From an uncultured Candidatus Poseidoniales archaeon (GTDB lineage Archaea; Thermoplasmatota; Poseidoniia; Poseidoniales; Poseidoniaceae): a DNA stretch of 64,000 nucleotides. A model generated the notes under the pieces. That model saw only the letters and a program-made list of their open reading frames with translations. It was not told where the DNA came from and searched no databases. The DNA lies in assembly GCA_964577145.1 (NCBI GenBank), contig CAZNXM010000003.1:6186-70185 (forward strand), in the 5' to 3' direction. Shown here one piece after another: positions 36,401 through 46,295 of this stretch (position 1 is the stretch's first letter; each line of letters begins with the position of its first letter). Both the position numbers and the translations under genes were made by a program.

Positions 36401-39197
36401 CGAAGCCGATCCAAATAATGTTGATTCAGACGGCGATGGTCTACCAGATGGATGGGAGGCTAGAAATGCGTGTACTTGGGATATTTCTAGAGTTGGAATC
36501 AATCCATTGAATGGCTCTGATGCATTTGAAAATCCTGATGGTGATGGATTTGATATTAATCGAAACGGGGTAATCGAGGATAACGAAGCCTTTGTCAATT
36601 GGCTTGAATACAACGTTAAGGATGCACTATTCGATGGCAACCAAAGCCTTGATGGCGACGAAATCCCGGAAGGATTCTCTACCGACCTTTTCAGGAATAT
36701 ATCCGATTGGGGAGTTCCTGAAGGTCTATTCGGAGACGGTATAGAAACGGGCGACCCAACTAGTGCTGATAGCGATTCAGATGGCATGCCTGATGGATGG
36801 GAAATCTGGTTTGCTCGTTGGGATATTCTAGGAGGAGACTGGACTTTGGACCCGCTCGATTCTTCAGACAGATGGGGCGATTCTGATGAAGATGGAATGG
36901 CTAATTGGGAGGAATATAATGCAATAGATCCTTCGATGAGTGAGACCAATTCCAATAGAAGTAGCCCACAATGGTATGTGACAACTATCGGAAGTGGGTA
37001 CACATTGCAGCAGTGGGCTGGTATCCTAAACACAGAGTCATTTGGTTCATTTATCGACCAAGAAGTTGTGAATAACACAGGATATACCGCAGATCCAACC
37101 AACCCCGATACCGATGGAGACGGATTCCTTGATGGACTTGAACTGATGTTCACTTCGTGGAATCTTACCGCCCAAACTTGGACGTTGAATCCACTTGTAG
37201 CAGGTGATGGCCAATTTGATTCAGATAATGATGCATTAACTGATGCGCAGGAGTTTTCTTTGGCAACTGAAAATCCGAATAATGGAATCTTGCACCCTGG
37301 TGACGCGCCGCTAATGCATGAGGACGGGGATATTAACGACCCAACTCAGAAGGCACAGCGCGTTTACACGATTATCCTAGACAAAGGCTCACGTGCAAAA
37401 CGCCATCTCGATGCATTTACTGAATGGCAATCAACGGGTATTCCAAATAATTTCATTGGAACTTTGATGGGAATAACTGACCCAACAATAGCGGATACCG
37501 ATGATGATGGGATGATAGATGGGTACGAATACTGGTTCACAAGTTGGGATCTTGATGATAACCGATGGTCAATGAATCCTCTAATCGATTCTGACCAATG
37601 GCTGGATAGTGATCAAGATTCGGTTGACTGTAATGGGGATGGCAATCTTTCACTCGAAGAGCAATACACCAATAAGCGCGAATATGAATCCCGAATATAC
37701 GGTAAGTACTCACAGAGACATACTACGGGTTCAGGGTTGATTGGATACGGTGATGATGCAATTGATGCCTATATCGAAGAGGGGAATAGCGATGCTGAAG
37801 CAAGGCTTGCAATTTTCACTACATTTTGGGGCAAAGATGCGGTTTCGACAAGCCGAGTAGACATGATCAATGATGCAGATTCAAATACATTCAATCGAAC
37901 ATTATTCGGAATTTCCGATCCAACTCATGTAGATTCAGATCTCGATGGAATTGAGGATGGATGGGAATATTGTTACTCGACTTATGGTATGCCTGACCCA
38001 ACCACACAAAATCACTGGTCGAGTAACCCAGTAAATCCATTCGATGTCGATTATGACCCTGATAGTGATGGCTGGTATGGACGAACTTCCTTCGATACTC
38101 CAGCTACTCAGGGCGAGTGGGATTCTCGTGTATTCACACCTTCCGGCATCGTCATTCAAAATGGAATCGGCGATTTACCATTCACCAATATCATGGAGTA
38201 CCTCAATGGAACGAGGCCGGATACCAACGATTCGGATTCAGATTCGGTGACATATAATACCGAAGAAATTGGAGGAGTGGTCCAATCTCATCTTCGTGAT
38301 TGGAATCTTTCTGATGGACGAGAGGTCTTCAAGTATGGTATCAACCCGATGGACAATGATTCAGATGGCGATATGCTACCAGATTGGTATGAATATCATT
38401 TAGGCTGGAATGAATCTAATGATAATTACACTTCCAGAATGCAAATCGAAGTTCAGTGGATTGATCCTGCTACTGGTGGCTCATGTGATTCTTCTACCAC
38501 CTCTTGTCGCCCACTTTCACTTTCAGGTGGAACATTAGGTAGGCCTGATTTAGGTTGGACTTGGGCAACAATGGATCCGAGCGATGCCCTGGATGCGAAT
38601 GATGATCCAGATCAAGATGGAAACTGGGACTGTTCTGGTGCGACATGTGAATATACGCCATACACAAATTTCATGGAATTTTATGCTGTTGCAGATCCTA
38701 ATTTAGATTCGCCAACTGCAGTTAGACTTTCAGGTGAAACACATGAGGGCACGCCCATTACTGAGTGGTGGCAGTTCCGAGCATTTACACTGCATTTAGG
38801 ACAATTTGACGAGGCTACTTCGAATTATTTGAAGATGAATAAAGCAAATTTTGATGATACCCGTTATGTGCTAATTGTTGATGATAATGACATAGATTTC
38901 CTTGTACTTGATGCAGGAGATGATACGACTATCTGCTCTGGTGATATTACCGATGACTGGGACCTATATTACACAGGAAACACAAACCGTGCTCCTGCAT
39001 TAGAAGTTGGTGAACATGAGTTCGGTTGGTGGCTGCTTGACTTTGATGATGACCATATCGCAGAGGGGAGCGATCCGTATAATTGGGATACAGATGGCGA
39101 TTGGCTTGTTGATTGGTTCGAAGTAAAGGATGACGAAGAGGATGGAATCCGTGGCGATTCATCGCCGATTAGATACGACTCGAGGAATACGGCTTGA
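33498..39197 (+). CDS. Giant (1899 aa) secreted protein with about 24 calcium-binding TSP3-like DxDxDG repeats and a beta-propeller (Reg_prop-like) segment. No C-terminal anchor.
   Basis: Signal MRRSQSTLLMTIIVLSSLFVMSQAPA. Repeats DTDGDGMPDGFE, DSDSDGMIDGWEVQYGLDP, DSDGDGIPDGWEV, DTDDDGMIDGYEYWFTSWDLDDNRWSMNPL and others. Propeller-like GQLWVGSRLGVTIIDFD / LYVGTDVGLFRVE / VVWIGTPSGLHRVD. Confidence 0.85.
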   Translation: MVVSMRRSQSTLLMTIIVLSSLFVMSQAPAISNVATVHPDDTFEEKPPQTDSDGDKIPDVHENLFAEWVNWTAVDGRPVTMEGLDRDDATDADLDRDRDGLNSTEEYCWPYPANCTDAGFPRGLTGIINPEDGERIYLDPRVSDTDGDGMPDGFEIAMCERLWYYDEDEMRFECGEFNPLNASDADLDPDGDGFDVNRDGFTSLGELLTSSEEYSYGSPDNWTNELDGLRCLSTDPTPALLDAWPFITSGSNSTHFVNIIDACFTNGTGYFDDNIWVGTDPLNDDSDRFNWDGYKHRRLHPSLGDGMIDGWEIHFGLDPLNRSNALVDLDSDGWDYNRDGFISVDSARTATAMAIGEELSTLEEYTVHFDDGNTVKSGMRSVKLDSNGGTYLEYLLTPEATASDNISILHHDVREISSVDGQLWVGSRLGVTIIDFDAVTSVDHSLPMGHNLNDMIILDDDVVMLTDGGIWVAPRSSGSLSDISTWELFSPGVRMTAGTQLLETGSSVRVVAIGNGGEGGILTLDGTPSFSTSLGDGIVNSMRDGNATATEVIHVDVAGGPLTLYVGTDVGLFRVETASAQDDATPNWLFYHHPEPSVIATNIVDLRAFGSQGNGNPAHVQALVADGPDGAAHQVVWIGTPSGLHRVDLVSGAIEHSGLLEHPGIDGSTISEANDIHSIQPTDNELLLGSGWGLWSLSGDHAAVYGATDQEWIPGTIAAIANHDISGAATVFVGIDPGMYSNLELMDPMANDSDSDGMIDGWEVQYGLDPTDPWDAFLDADGDGVNLDDDPIQERAWRNLDEFRYTARTPNGYDATDPRLVDTDADGVGDGAEYFGLYHEYTPLWCHYLNSYSFEHVCGDAAGNAANATYLASMGVDAGSDPTNTDSDGDGIPDGWEVIHRRWIGSSFTGSNNWTMDPNRAEDALWDADGDGLSNLCEYQWTQIRLLGIADELLESHFETAAAAANWVEADPNNVDSDGDGLPDGWEARNACTWDISRVGINPLNGSDAFENPDGDGFDINRNGVIEDNEAFVNWLEYNVKDALFDGNQSLDGDEIPEGFSTDLFRNISDWGVPEGLFGDGIETGDPTSADSDSDGMPDGWEIWFARWDILGGDWTLDPLDSSDRWGDSDEDGMANWEEYNAIDPSMSETNSNRSSPQWYVTTIGSGYTLQQWAGILNTESFGSFIDQEVVNNTGYTADPTNPDTDGDGFLDGLELMFTSWNLTAQTWTLNPLVAGDGQFDSDNDALTDAQEFSLATENPNNGILHPGDAPLMHEDGDINDPTQKAQRVYTIILDKGSRAKRHLDAFTEWQSTGIPNNFIGTLMGITDPTIADTDDDGMIDGYEYWFTSWDLDDNRWSMNPLIDSDQWLDSDQDSVDCNGDGNLSLEEQYTNKREYESRIYGKYSQRHTTGSGLIGYGDDAIDAYIEEGNSDAEARLAIFTTFWGKDAVSTSRVDMINDADSNTFNRTLFGISDPTHVDSDLDGIEDGWEYCYSTYGMPDPTTQNHWSSNPVNPFDVDYDPDSDGWYGRTSFDTPATQGEWDSRVFTPSGIVIQNGIGDLPFTNIMEYLNGTRPDTNDSDSDSVTYNTEEIGGVVQSHLRDWNLSDGREVFKYGINPMDNDSDGDMLPDWYEYHLGWNESNDNYTSRMQIEVQWIDPATGGSCDSSTTSCRPLSLSGGTLGRPDLGWTWATMDPSDALDANDDPDQDGNWDCSGATCEYTPYTNFMEFYAVADPNLDSPTAVRLSGETHEGTPITEWWQFRAFTLHLGQFDEATSNYLKMNKANFDDTRYVLIVDDNDIDFLVLDAGDDTTICSGDITDDWDLYYTGNTNRAPALEVGEHEFGWWLLDFDDDHIAEGSDPYNWDTDGDWLVDWFEVKDDEEDGIRGDSSPIRYDSRNTA

Positions 39198-39209
39198 GCC
39201 CCCAGAATC

Positions 39210-39228
39210 CCCCCTAAAGGGGGGTTTC
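39210..39228 (+). terminator. GC hairpin CCCCCC-taaa-GGGGGG followed by TTT, directly after the 1899-aa gene; putative terminator.
   Basis: Perfect 6-bp inverted repeat read from the sequence, 13 nt past the stop codon. Confidence 0.35.
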
Positions 39229-39298
39229 TGAGGTTGACCTGTAGCCGGAGTGTTCAATATGTTAGTTGATGTGAGACATGTAATAGGATGGCCACGTT

Positions 39299-42200
39299 AT
39301 GACGCGCAAAACCTCTTCCCGTGCATCCTTGATTTTCGTGTTGTTGATTTTATTACTCACCCCCCTCTCTCCTTTTGGCGAGTCGATTATCGGTGAGGCA
39401 GAAGCTACAGGTGCTTCTCGCCACATCTACACGCTAAGCGACGGAAGTGTGGAAAATATCGCATTATTCCAAGGCGGCGCTCCTGATAAAACTACGAAAG
39501 TATCGATTCCAAAGGGAGCCGAAGTCATCGATGTAGAAATGACTCTTTCTGGTGCATCATCTACCGGTTGGTCCCAAGTAATGACTGATACTTACGAGGA
39601 ATGGCTGGCTGGCTCTTCCAGTAATGCTGACCCTCGTTCAGAGGAATTAACGCTTGGTTTTGATTCAGGTGATACTGTTTTCAGTTCGCATGGAATGGAT
39701 GATACGGAGTTAGCTGGTACGACAGCATGGCTCGACAATGGTTCATTTGCTATTCGTCAACCACACACTTCGAATTCTACCGAATCTAGATTTTCTGAGC
39801 AAGTAAAAACATCTTCATCGAATCTAATGGCTCAGGGCCAAGGTGCTATTTTGAGGAATCATGATTGGTTGTACCTTTCCACTTGGACGGGCACAACTTT
39901 CGACAAAGTCGTTCAGCGAATGTACCCAAATAACATCACTCGAGAATCTACGATAAACTTAGACCAAGGTTCTTGTTCACTACCTCAGGATCCAACTTCT
40001 AGTTATTACAAGGGATATGGTTTCCGTGATTGGACCATTACCGATGATGAGACCATGTATGGGATTTTCACTACTTATCGTTACTTGTATTCTTCATCAG
40101 CACCTACGCAATACCACCGGGTATTGAAAATGGATATCAGCGATGATTGGAATTGGGTTTGTGAGGATTCATATGACCTCGCATCTCCATATGGGGAGTA
40201 TACTGCTATCTCATATGACCGTGTTAGTGACCAAATCTGGGTCGTTCATAACCAGCAAAGGAGAATCGTTCCATACGATTTCGGAGAAAATGGACAATAT
40301 ACCTCAGGTGAGAATATGTATTCCTTTACTTCGTCTTCAGGGTCAAATACTGCCTGTGGCCAATCTGGCAGCCTCGTTAGAGGTATGGCGGTAAATGGTG
40401 GAATGTTCTACATGAAGTGCATGAAGGGCAGTTACTACCAAGATACTGACCAACTAAGTGCATGGGCTGTTTCCGGCACCTCCTCTTCATTGGTTCCACA
40501 ATCGGGCCTACGTGATGTTGCATCATTGGGTAATGGATTATTCTTTGATGGCGATCGTTTCCTTGCAGTTGATTGTGGATACTCAACATGGGGTGGAAAA
40601 ACCCTCTATTATCGAGAGTTTGGTACGGCATTGACCTATGAGACTACACCTGCGCCTGGAACAACTGTTTGGTTGGGCGAAACCATCGAAACAGAGGAAG
40701 ATGTTTTGGCAGTCAATATTCGAAATCATTGGACTGCTATTAGCCAAGGTGACCGTGTCGATTATTGGGTTAGTGCTGATAATGGAACACATTGGGAATC
40801 GGTATTGAAAAATGAAACAATTCACTTTGCCCATCCTGGTAATGAGTTGGTATGGAAAGCCCAATTGATAGGCTCATCTGCTGTTTCATGGTGGGTTTCA
40901 TTAGAATATGCAACTTCGTATCAGGCTTCAGGAGATTGGATTAGCGAAGTAGTCAATACCGGCACTGAAGTTGGTAAGGTTCGAGCCGTTTGGCAAGCAG
41001 ATGTACCGAGTAGCTCCGCTTTATCGGTCCTTGTTTCCAATGACAATGGAACAAGTTGGACCGCAGCCGAGAATAATCTCGAGGTAAGTTTCTCAACATC
41101 GGGTGCTGGGAATGAATTATTGTATTCGATTTCACTATCCACTACAGATGATGTTGAAACTCCAAAAGTTGATTCCTTTACACTATGGTATGAGGAAGGT
41201 TATCCCGATGGTCCACAAATCGATATTGGTGATGATGGTGACTGGGATTGGCGCTCAGTATTATTCCTAAATGAATCGAATGTTGTAGCATCCGATGATT
41301 CTCCTGTCGGGCCTGTGGTTAGTGAACCACCTTCCCTTGTAAGTGGATTTAACGATCATATTCCAGAGAACGGCGTAGGAGATGTCGAGATTCCAATTGC
41401 AATAAAGGCGAGGACCCCTGGTAGGATTAAGGTAACAGACCTCGATATCGAGTATCGAATGAATACTAGAGTTCTCGATGCGAGTTTGGAAGGAGGTTTG
41501 ATGGCACCTGATGGTGTGTTCCGCAACCTCATAGTTCGTGTTTCGCATGGTGATGAAGTAGACCGAGTAACAGAGGCCACAATTGGATTGGATAATTCTC
41601 ATGGAAGTGACCCTGCATTCAAGTGGGAACGCGGAGATACTTGTACAGTATTGGATGATGCAGAGGGAATTGTATTCTTCGATGCAGGCAATTGTACTTC
41701 GACATTAGATTCCGAAGGAATAGTCTCGATTCGAATTCCCGTGGCTGTTAATTGGACGTGGGATGATGAGAGAGCGATGGAAGCTATCGTTTCACTAAAT
41801 GATGACCTTGGCCCGCAGGTGTCAGCATGGACTACCGAGACACTGTCTCTAAATGTCGAGAATGATATTTCATTAGATGGGATGCGAGTTTACGAAGAAA
41901 CTGGAAGAGAGTTGTATGTTGGCGATTGGGTACGTGGTGGCTATAATATCTCAATAAATGGTGGAATGCATTTCGAAAATTCAGCATTATCACCACTTCC
42001 GGGAGAATTTAATTTACGTGTCCTCGGTCAGAATGTAACCTATGATGGCGACCCAATTGGGGAGCCAATTATTCTGCATGTCGAAGGAAATCCTGGATTT
42101 GGCGAGTATAACATGACTTTCCAAACCCCAATGGAATCTGCTCCTGGCGGAATGGTTCTCTATGTGGAGGCAATCGATTTGCCAAATGGTTCGACCTATG

Positions 42201-44662
42201 TGAATCCGGGATACAATTCAATCAAGTTGATTTTTGATGGAAATGCACCTCTGGTACTTTTCGCCTCACCTACTCCTGATTCTGAGTTGCACAAGGGGCC
42301 ACCTTCGCCCGGTGGACAATCTGTAGAGGTTATCATTCAGGACTCTGTAGATCCTCCTCAATCAATCAGTCTGCATTATTGGATTGGTTGTGAACCTGGA
42401 GAGCACGAATCATGTTCTGACTCAAATTTCAATGGATTACCAGAGGAAATAGAATATCGTCAAAAGAGTTTGACTACACCTGAAGTAAGACCGGGTGGAA
42501 TCAATATTTTCAACGGATTAATCGATGATTCCATGCTATATCATGGTGACAGAGTTGCATTCTATGTTACTGGCCAAGATGGCCAAGGAAATGTCATTGC
42601 GATGGGTGGAGAACCGGTGTGCGCAGATGGTCCACCATATTGTGGGAACATGCCGGGAGAAATCCCTCCTGCATGGGATGAATCATTGTCTTGGTACACA
42701 ATAAGAGAAGAGTTTGAGCCGATAATGGATGTTGATAATTCGACGATATTGGGGCATGATGACCGTGCTCCTTTGCACCCCGGAATTCCATATACTGCGA
42801 ACTTTGCAATTTCTGACACTAATGGTTGGTGGGATATTGAATATATCCAGTTAGCACTAGCAGGTGATTTCGATGACGAATCAACCTCGATATTCGCTCA
42901 AATCGGAAAGGATTCCAATGGTTTCCCTACACTCGCACTCGAGAGTGGAGGTTCGGGATTAGCGGTATCAAACCTGTACTCACAATTCCTGATAGACCCC
43001 ACCAATAATTCTCGAATGATAGTCTCGATAAGATTCCAGTTAACTTGGAACTTCCCTGAGGTTTGGGATACAAATGGTGAAGAGCATTTCATTCCTAAAG
43101 TATGGATTGAGGATAAGTCATGTGGTCTAGAGGAAGATGTACCTTGTAATATCCATAAGGCTGGATTAGGAAATGACATGTGGAGTCTTGACAATGATTT
43201 ACGCTTTGATACGCAGCCAGGGCACATTCTTGCTATCGAATTGCGCGATGGTACAAATCACTACAATCCAGAATTTGATGAGACCTTAATCGGTGCTGGT
43301 CAAGCGCTTCGCTTCAGTGGAAGAGTGTTGTTTGCAGAGGATGAGTCACCGGCTCCACCAGGTTCATTCAATATCGAACTTGGGGATTATGAAAATGAGT
43401 GGATTACAACTAGTCGCGAAGGTGGATTTTTCACTATTGATTTACTTGTTCCAGATGTTAGAAGTGGGCATCTTGATTTACGAGCATCTCTTTCTGATTT
43501 ACCCGGTCTTTCAACCGATGAATCACCATTCAAACCGCGACTACGCCTCGCAGTTGATGGCGAGCAACCTACTATTCATGCAGTGACATTAGACGGAATT
43601 GAACCGGGTGGAGAAATACCAATTTCACGCGCTGGTGAACTTCAAGTAATGCTCGAAACAAGGGATGACAATGGATTTGATATTGACAATCCAGCGGTAC
43701 TCCATTATCTTGTAAGAGCTGGTGAGGCTGAAATTAGCAGGGGAACTGCTCCTCTTCCAGATACTACTCCTTTCGAAGACCAATTCTTCTGGACCGGAAA
43801 TATCGATCTGACCGATGGTGGTGCAACACAATTGCTACCATCTTACACAATCGATGTATGGGTTACAGGCTCAGATGCTTCAGGAAATCCATATGGTAGC
43901 GATTCAAACCAATTGAACGAACCTCTTGCCTCTTGGCCACTTGCTCTCACAGGACCCGATGTTAGTCTTCGGGCTGCAGATACAACTTGGACATGGTCAG
44001 ACCCATCTCCTAATCCCGGTGATTCAGTGCAATTGGTAATTCAAGCACGTAATGCCGGCTCAACTGGTGAAATGACCTTCTTGTTGCAAAAGAAGGTTGA
44101 AGGAGATTATTGGGCAGAAGCAAGCAGTAGGACTGTTGAAATGAGCAGTGGAAAGAATATCCAGATCTCACTACAGATAATCGCTGATGGACTCGATGGA
44201 GATACTCTTGAGTATCGCCTACTCCTTTTGGATTCAGGTGTTGAGAAAGAGAGAATTTCCATATCTCCACTTCTTGTAAAGGATGAAGTTGAACGTGACG
44301 GCGAAGCATTAGCTGGGCAAGTTTCTGATTCTGCACTTGCTGTTGTAATGTATCTAATCGCTCTTGCAGCAATGTCATATGCGGTTTGGACAATGATTCA
44401 AATTAGAAGGATTCGTAGAGGAGATGAGGAGATTGAAGGAGATCAGACCGCTGAAGTAATCGAGGAAATGATGGAAGATAAAGAAGTTCCAAATGTTCCC
44501 GATATGTCTGTTCCACCAGCCGCTCCCGCTCCCGCACCAACAGAGCCTACAAATCAACCGCCACCTCCACTGCCTCCAACTGGTCTACCTGAAGGGTGGA
44601 CTGAGGACCAGTGGCAGCATTATGGTCACCAGTATGTGGCCTCGATGGGTTCAAACGATTGA
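39299..44662 (+). CDS. Giant (1787 aa) surface protein: signal peptide, large ectodomain, C-terminal TM, acidic and Pro-rich cytoplasmic tail.
   Basis: MTRKTSSRASLIFVLLILLLTPLSPFG signal. C-terminal AVVMYLIALAAMSYAVWTMIQIRRIRRGDEEIEGD ... PPAAPAPAPTEPTNQPPPPLPPTGLPEGWTEDQWQHY. Confidence 0.8.
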   Translation: MTRKTSSRASLIFVLLILLLTPLSPFGESIIGEAEATGASRHIYTLSDGSVENIALFQGGAPDKTTKVSIPKGAEVIDVEMTLSGASSTGWSQVMTDTYEEWLAGSSSNADPRSEELTLGFDSGDTVFSSHGMDDTELAGTTAWLDNGSFAIRQPHTSNSTESRFSEQVKTSSSNLMAQGQGAILRNHDWLYLSTWTGTTFDKVVQRMYPNNITRESTINLDQGSCSLPQDPTSSYYKGYGFRDWTITDDETMYGIFTTYRYLYSSSAPTQYHRVLKMDISDDWNWVCEDSYDLASPYGEYTAISYDRVSDQIWVVHNQQRRIVPYDFGENGQYTSGENMYSFTSSSGSNTACGQSGSLVRGMAVNGGMFYMKCMKGSYYQDTDQLSAWAVSGTSSSLVPQSGLRDVASLGNGLFFDGDRFLAVDCGYSTWGGKTLYYREFGTALTYETTPAPGTTVWLGETIETEEDVLAVNIRNHWTAISQGDRVDYWVSADNGTHWESVLKNETIHFAHPGNELVWKAQLIGSSAVSWWVSLEYATSYQASGDWISEVVNTGTEVGKVRAVWQADVPSSSALSVLVSNDNGTSWTAAENNLEVSFSTSGAGNELLYSISLSTTDDVETPKVDSFTLWYEEGYPDGPQIDIGDDGDWDWRSVLFLNESNVVASDDSPVGPVVSEPPSLVSGFNDHIPENGVGDVEIPIAIKARTPGRIKVTDLDIEYRMNTRVLDASLEGGLMAPDGVFRNLIVRVSHGDEVDRVTEATIGLDNSHGSDPAFKWERGDTCTVLDDAEGIVFFDAGNCTSTLDSEGIVSIRIPVAVNWTWDDERAMEAIVSLNDDLGPQVSAWTTETLSLNVENDISLDGMRVYEETGRELYVGDWVRGGYNISINGGMHFENSALSPLPGEFNLRVLGQNVTYDGDPIGEPIILHVEGNPGFGEYNMTFQTPMESAPGGMVLYVEAIDLPNGSTYVNPGYNSIKLIFDGNAPLVLFASPTPDSELHKGPPSPGGQSVEVIIQDSVDPPQSISLHYWIGCEPGEHESCSDSNFNGLPEEIEYRQKSLTTPEVRPGGINIFNGLIDDSMLYHGDRVAFYVTGQDGQGNVIAMGGEPVCADGPPYCGNMPGEIPPAWDESLSWYTIREEFEPIMDVDNSTILGHDDRAPLHPGIPYTANFAISDTNGWWDIEYIQLALAGDFDDESTSIFAQIGKDSNGFPTLALESGGSGLAVSNLYSQFLIDPTNNSRMIVSIRFQLTWNFPEVWDTNGEEHFIPKVWIEDKSCGLEEDVPCNIHKAGLGNDMWSLDNDLRFDTQPGHILAIELRDGTNHYNPEFDETLIGAGQALRFSGRVLFAEDESPAPPGSFNIELGDYENEWITTSREGGFFTIDLLVPDVRSGHLDLRASLSDLPGLSTDESPFKPRLRLAVDGEQPTIHAVTLDGIEPGGEIPISRAGELQVMLETRDDNGFDIDNPAVLHYLVRAGEAEISRGTAPLPDTTPFEDQFFWTGNIDLTDGGATQLLPSYTIDVWVTGSDASGNPYGSDSNQLNEPLASWPLALTGPDVSLRAADTTWTWSDPSPNPGDSVQLVIQARNAGSTGEMTFLLQKKVEGDYWAEASSRTVEMSSGKNIQISLQIIADGLDGDTLEYRLLLLDSGVEKERISISPLLVKDEVERDGEALAGQVSDSALAVVMYLIALAAMSYAVWTMIQIRRIRRGDEEIEGDQTAEVIEEMMEDKEVPNVPDMSVPPAAPAPAPTEPTNQPPPPLPPTGLPEGWTEDQWQHYGHQYVASMGSND

Positions 44663-44679
44663 GTTGGAGGCCACTCATC

Positions 44680-45114
44680 ATGAGCGCTACTGACGCTATG
44701 GTCATCCTACAGGAAAGGATGGTTAATCTCGTCAACCAGTTATCAATGCCAGTTATTGAGACTAGCTTAGTTATTGGAAGATGGACCAATAAGGCCTCAC
44801 ACCACCTTTCAATGGTAGCACAAGAAAATGGTGAAACCTTGCCCCCATTACTAGCCGAGGCTTGGCCTTTGGAAATCGAGACATTGGAATCAGATGTCGA
44901 ATTTGATTTAGAAAAGGCACTGTCCATAACCGATAGAGACCGCATGGATATTCTCGATACATTGGTACGAGTGACAATCGATGAAACTAAAATTCCTCTT
45001 TCCGATGCTTTGCTAGTTCTTCGTTCATGGGAGCGCCTTGTTAGGATGCAATTGAGTCAGGCCATTGGGCCAGGACAGTTGTTTAGTCCTACGGAGATAC
45101 CCGAGGATTTCTGA
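44680..45114 (+). CDS. Hypothetical cytoplasmic protein (144 aa).
   Basis: ATG at 44680 preceded by GGAGG at good spacing. The longer ORF from 44611 would overlap the giant gene. Confidence 0.45.
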   Translation: MSATDAMVILQERMVNLVNQLSMPVIETSLVIGRWTNKASHHLSMVAQENGETLPPLLAEAWPLEIETLESDVEFDLEKALSITDRDRMDILDTLVRVTIDETKIPLSDALLVLRSWERLVRMQLSQAIGPGQLFSPTEIPEDF

Positions 45115-45123
45115 GGTGAAAAT

Positions 45124-45891
45124 ATGAGAGCAATTCTATTATCTGCATTATTGGTATTGACTTCACTCAGTGGATGCTTTGGTGGAGATGAAATATTTCC
45201 TGAGGACCCTGGAATACCGGGAGGTCTCGCCCTTGCTTGCTTGCGTTCTAGCACCTTTGATTCTCTTGTCATAGAAATTGATTATGAGGAGGGCCACGAG
45301 CCAGATGCTAACGCAGTAAGCACTCTGAAAAGTCGGGTTTCTGAAGTATGTGATAAACCGGGAGGAGTAACGGTTGAGAAAACTCTCGTAGATTTCTCCC
45401 ATGATGGGCCTTGGAATGCAAATGATGTGCGAACAATTTCGGATGAATTCCGCCAAGGTGATGCCATGGAAGGAGATACATTGTACTGGCATTTCCTCTA
45501 TCCTGCGGGTAAAAATCAGGACTCCAGTGTATTGGGTGTAGCAGTTGATGCTTCGACGGTTGCGATTTTCCTTGATGCGGTTGAAGATGCAGAAGGATTC
45601 CTCGGAAGGCCTTCGGCAGAGGAAGTTGAAAAATCAGTTACTGTGCATGAAGCAGGTCATCTTCTCGGTTTGGTAAATTTAGTTTACATCTCTCCGGTTG
45701 ACCATGAAGATTCTGAACACAAAGGCCATTCAAGTAGTTCAAGTTCAGTGATGTACTGGGCGATTGAATCGCAAAATGTTGGGAATTTCATCACCGGAGA
45801 TCTACCAGATGAATTTGATGACGATGACAAATCAGATTTAGCTGGAATGGCAGACGGGTCTATCGAAGTCGATAGCCAATTATGGCCCTGA
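45124..45891 (+). CDS. Secreted lipoprotein, HExxH zinc metallopeptidase-like.
   Basis: Lipobox LTSLSG|C after a hydrophobic signal. VTVHEAGHLLGL followed by DHEDSEH. Confidence 0.65.
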   Translation: MRAILLSALLVLTSLSGCFGGDEIFPEDPGIPGGLALACLRSSTFDSLVIEIDYEEGHEPDANAVSTLKSRVSEVCDKPGGVTVEKTLVDFSHDGPWNANDVRTISDEFRQGDAMEGDTLYWHFLYPAGKNQDSSVLGVAVDASTVAIFLDAVEDAEGFLGRPSAEEVEKSVTVHEAGHLLGLVNLVYISPVDHEDSEHKGHSSSSSSVMYWAIESQNVGNFITGDLPDEFDDDDKSDLAGMADGSIEVDSQLWP

Positions 45892-46221
45892 ATTATCAGC
45901 GACAAGAATGCTGGAGTCTTTCCATGCATCGAAAATCGACCATACATAGAGTCCTATCCAAAGGATTAGCGTAAATGATAACGGTATTTGTAAGAAGAAG
46001 AAATCGAATGACTTCCGGTGTTTGCGATTGAAATGCTGTCCGAGAAATAGGAAAGGAATTATGGCTAGAGTCACAGCAATTAGAGGCCTAAGAGTCCCCC
46101 AAAATCCAACGCCAGCAGTCATTTCGTCCCAGATCTGCTTACCGACATTTCTGACACCAGCATCTTTGACTTCAGAGGTCAGACTTACGACCATGACTTC
46201 GTCGCCATCTTCGCTCATCAT
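45880..46221 (-). CDS. Small two-TM membrane protein (hypothetical).
   Basis: 113-aa ORF with LIAVTLAIIPFLFLG and LSFTLILWIGLYVWSIF helices. Weak support. Confidence 0.3.
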   Translation of the reverse strand: MMSEDGDEVMVVSLTSEVKDAGVRNVGKQIWDEMTAGVGFWGTLRPLIAVTLAIIPFLFLGQHFNRKHRKSFDFFFLQIPLSFTLILWIGLYVWSIFDAWKDSSILVADNSGP

Positions 46222-46295
46222 ACACTCCTCTTACGCTAAGGCTTGTCAATGTGGCGACAAGAATGCTCATGGTTGGCCGGTGTTGAGGGGGATGT

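Noticed and set aside
45124-45891. Metzincin / archaemetzincin assignment for the lipoprotein protease.
   Set aside because: The third ligand position of HExxHxxGxxH is Asn, not His. Kept only as a generic HExxH zinc peptidase.
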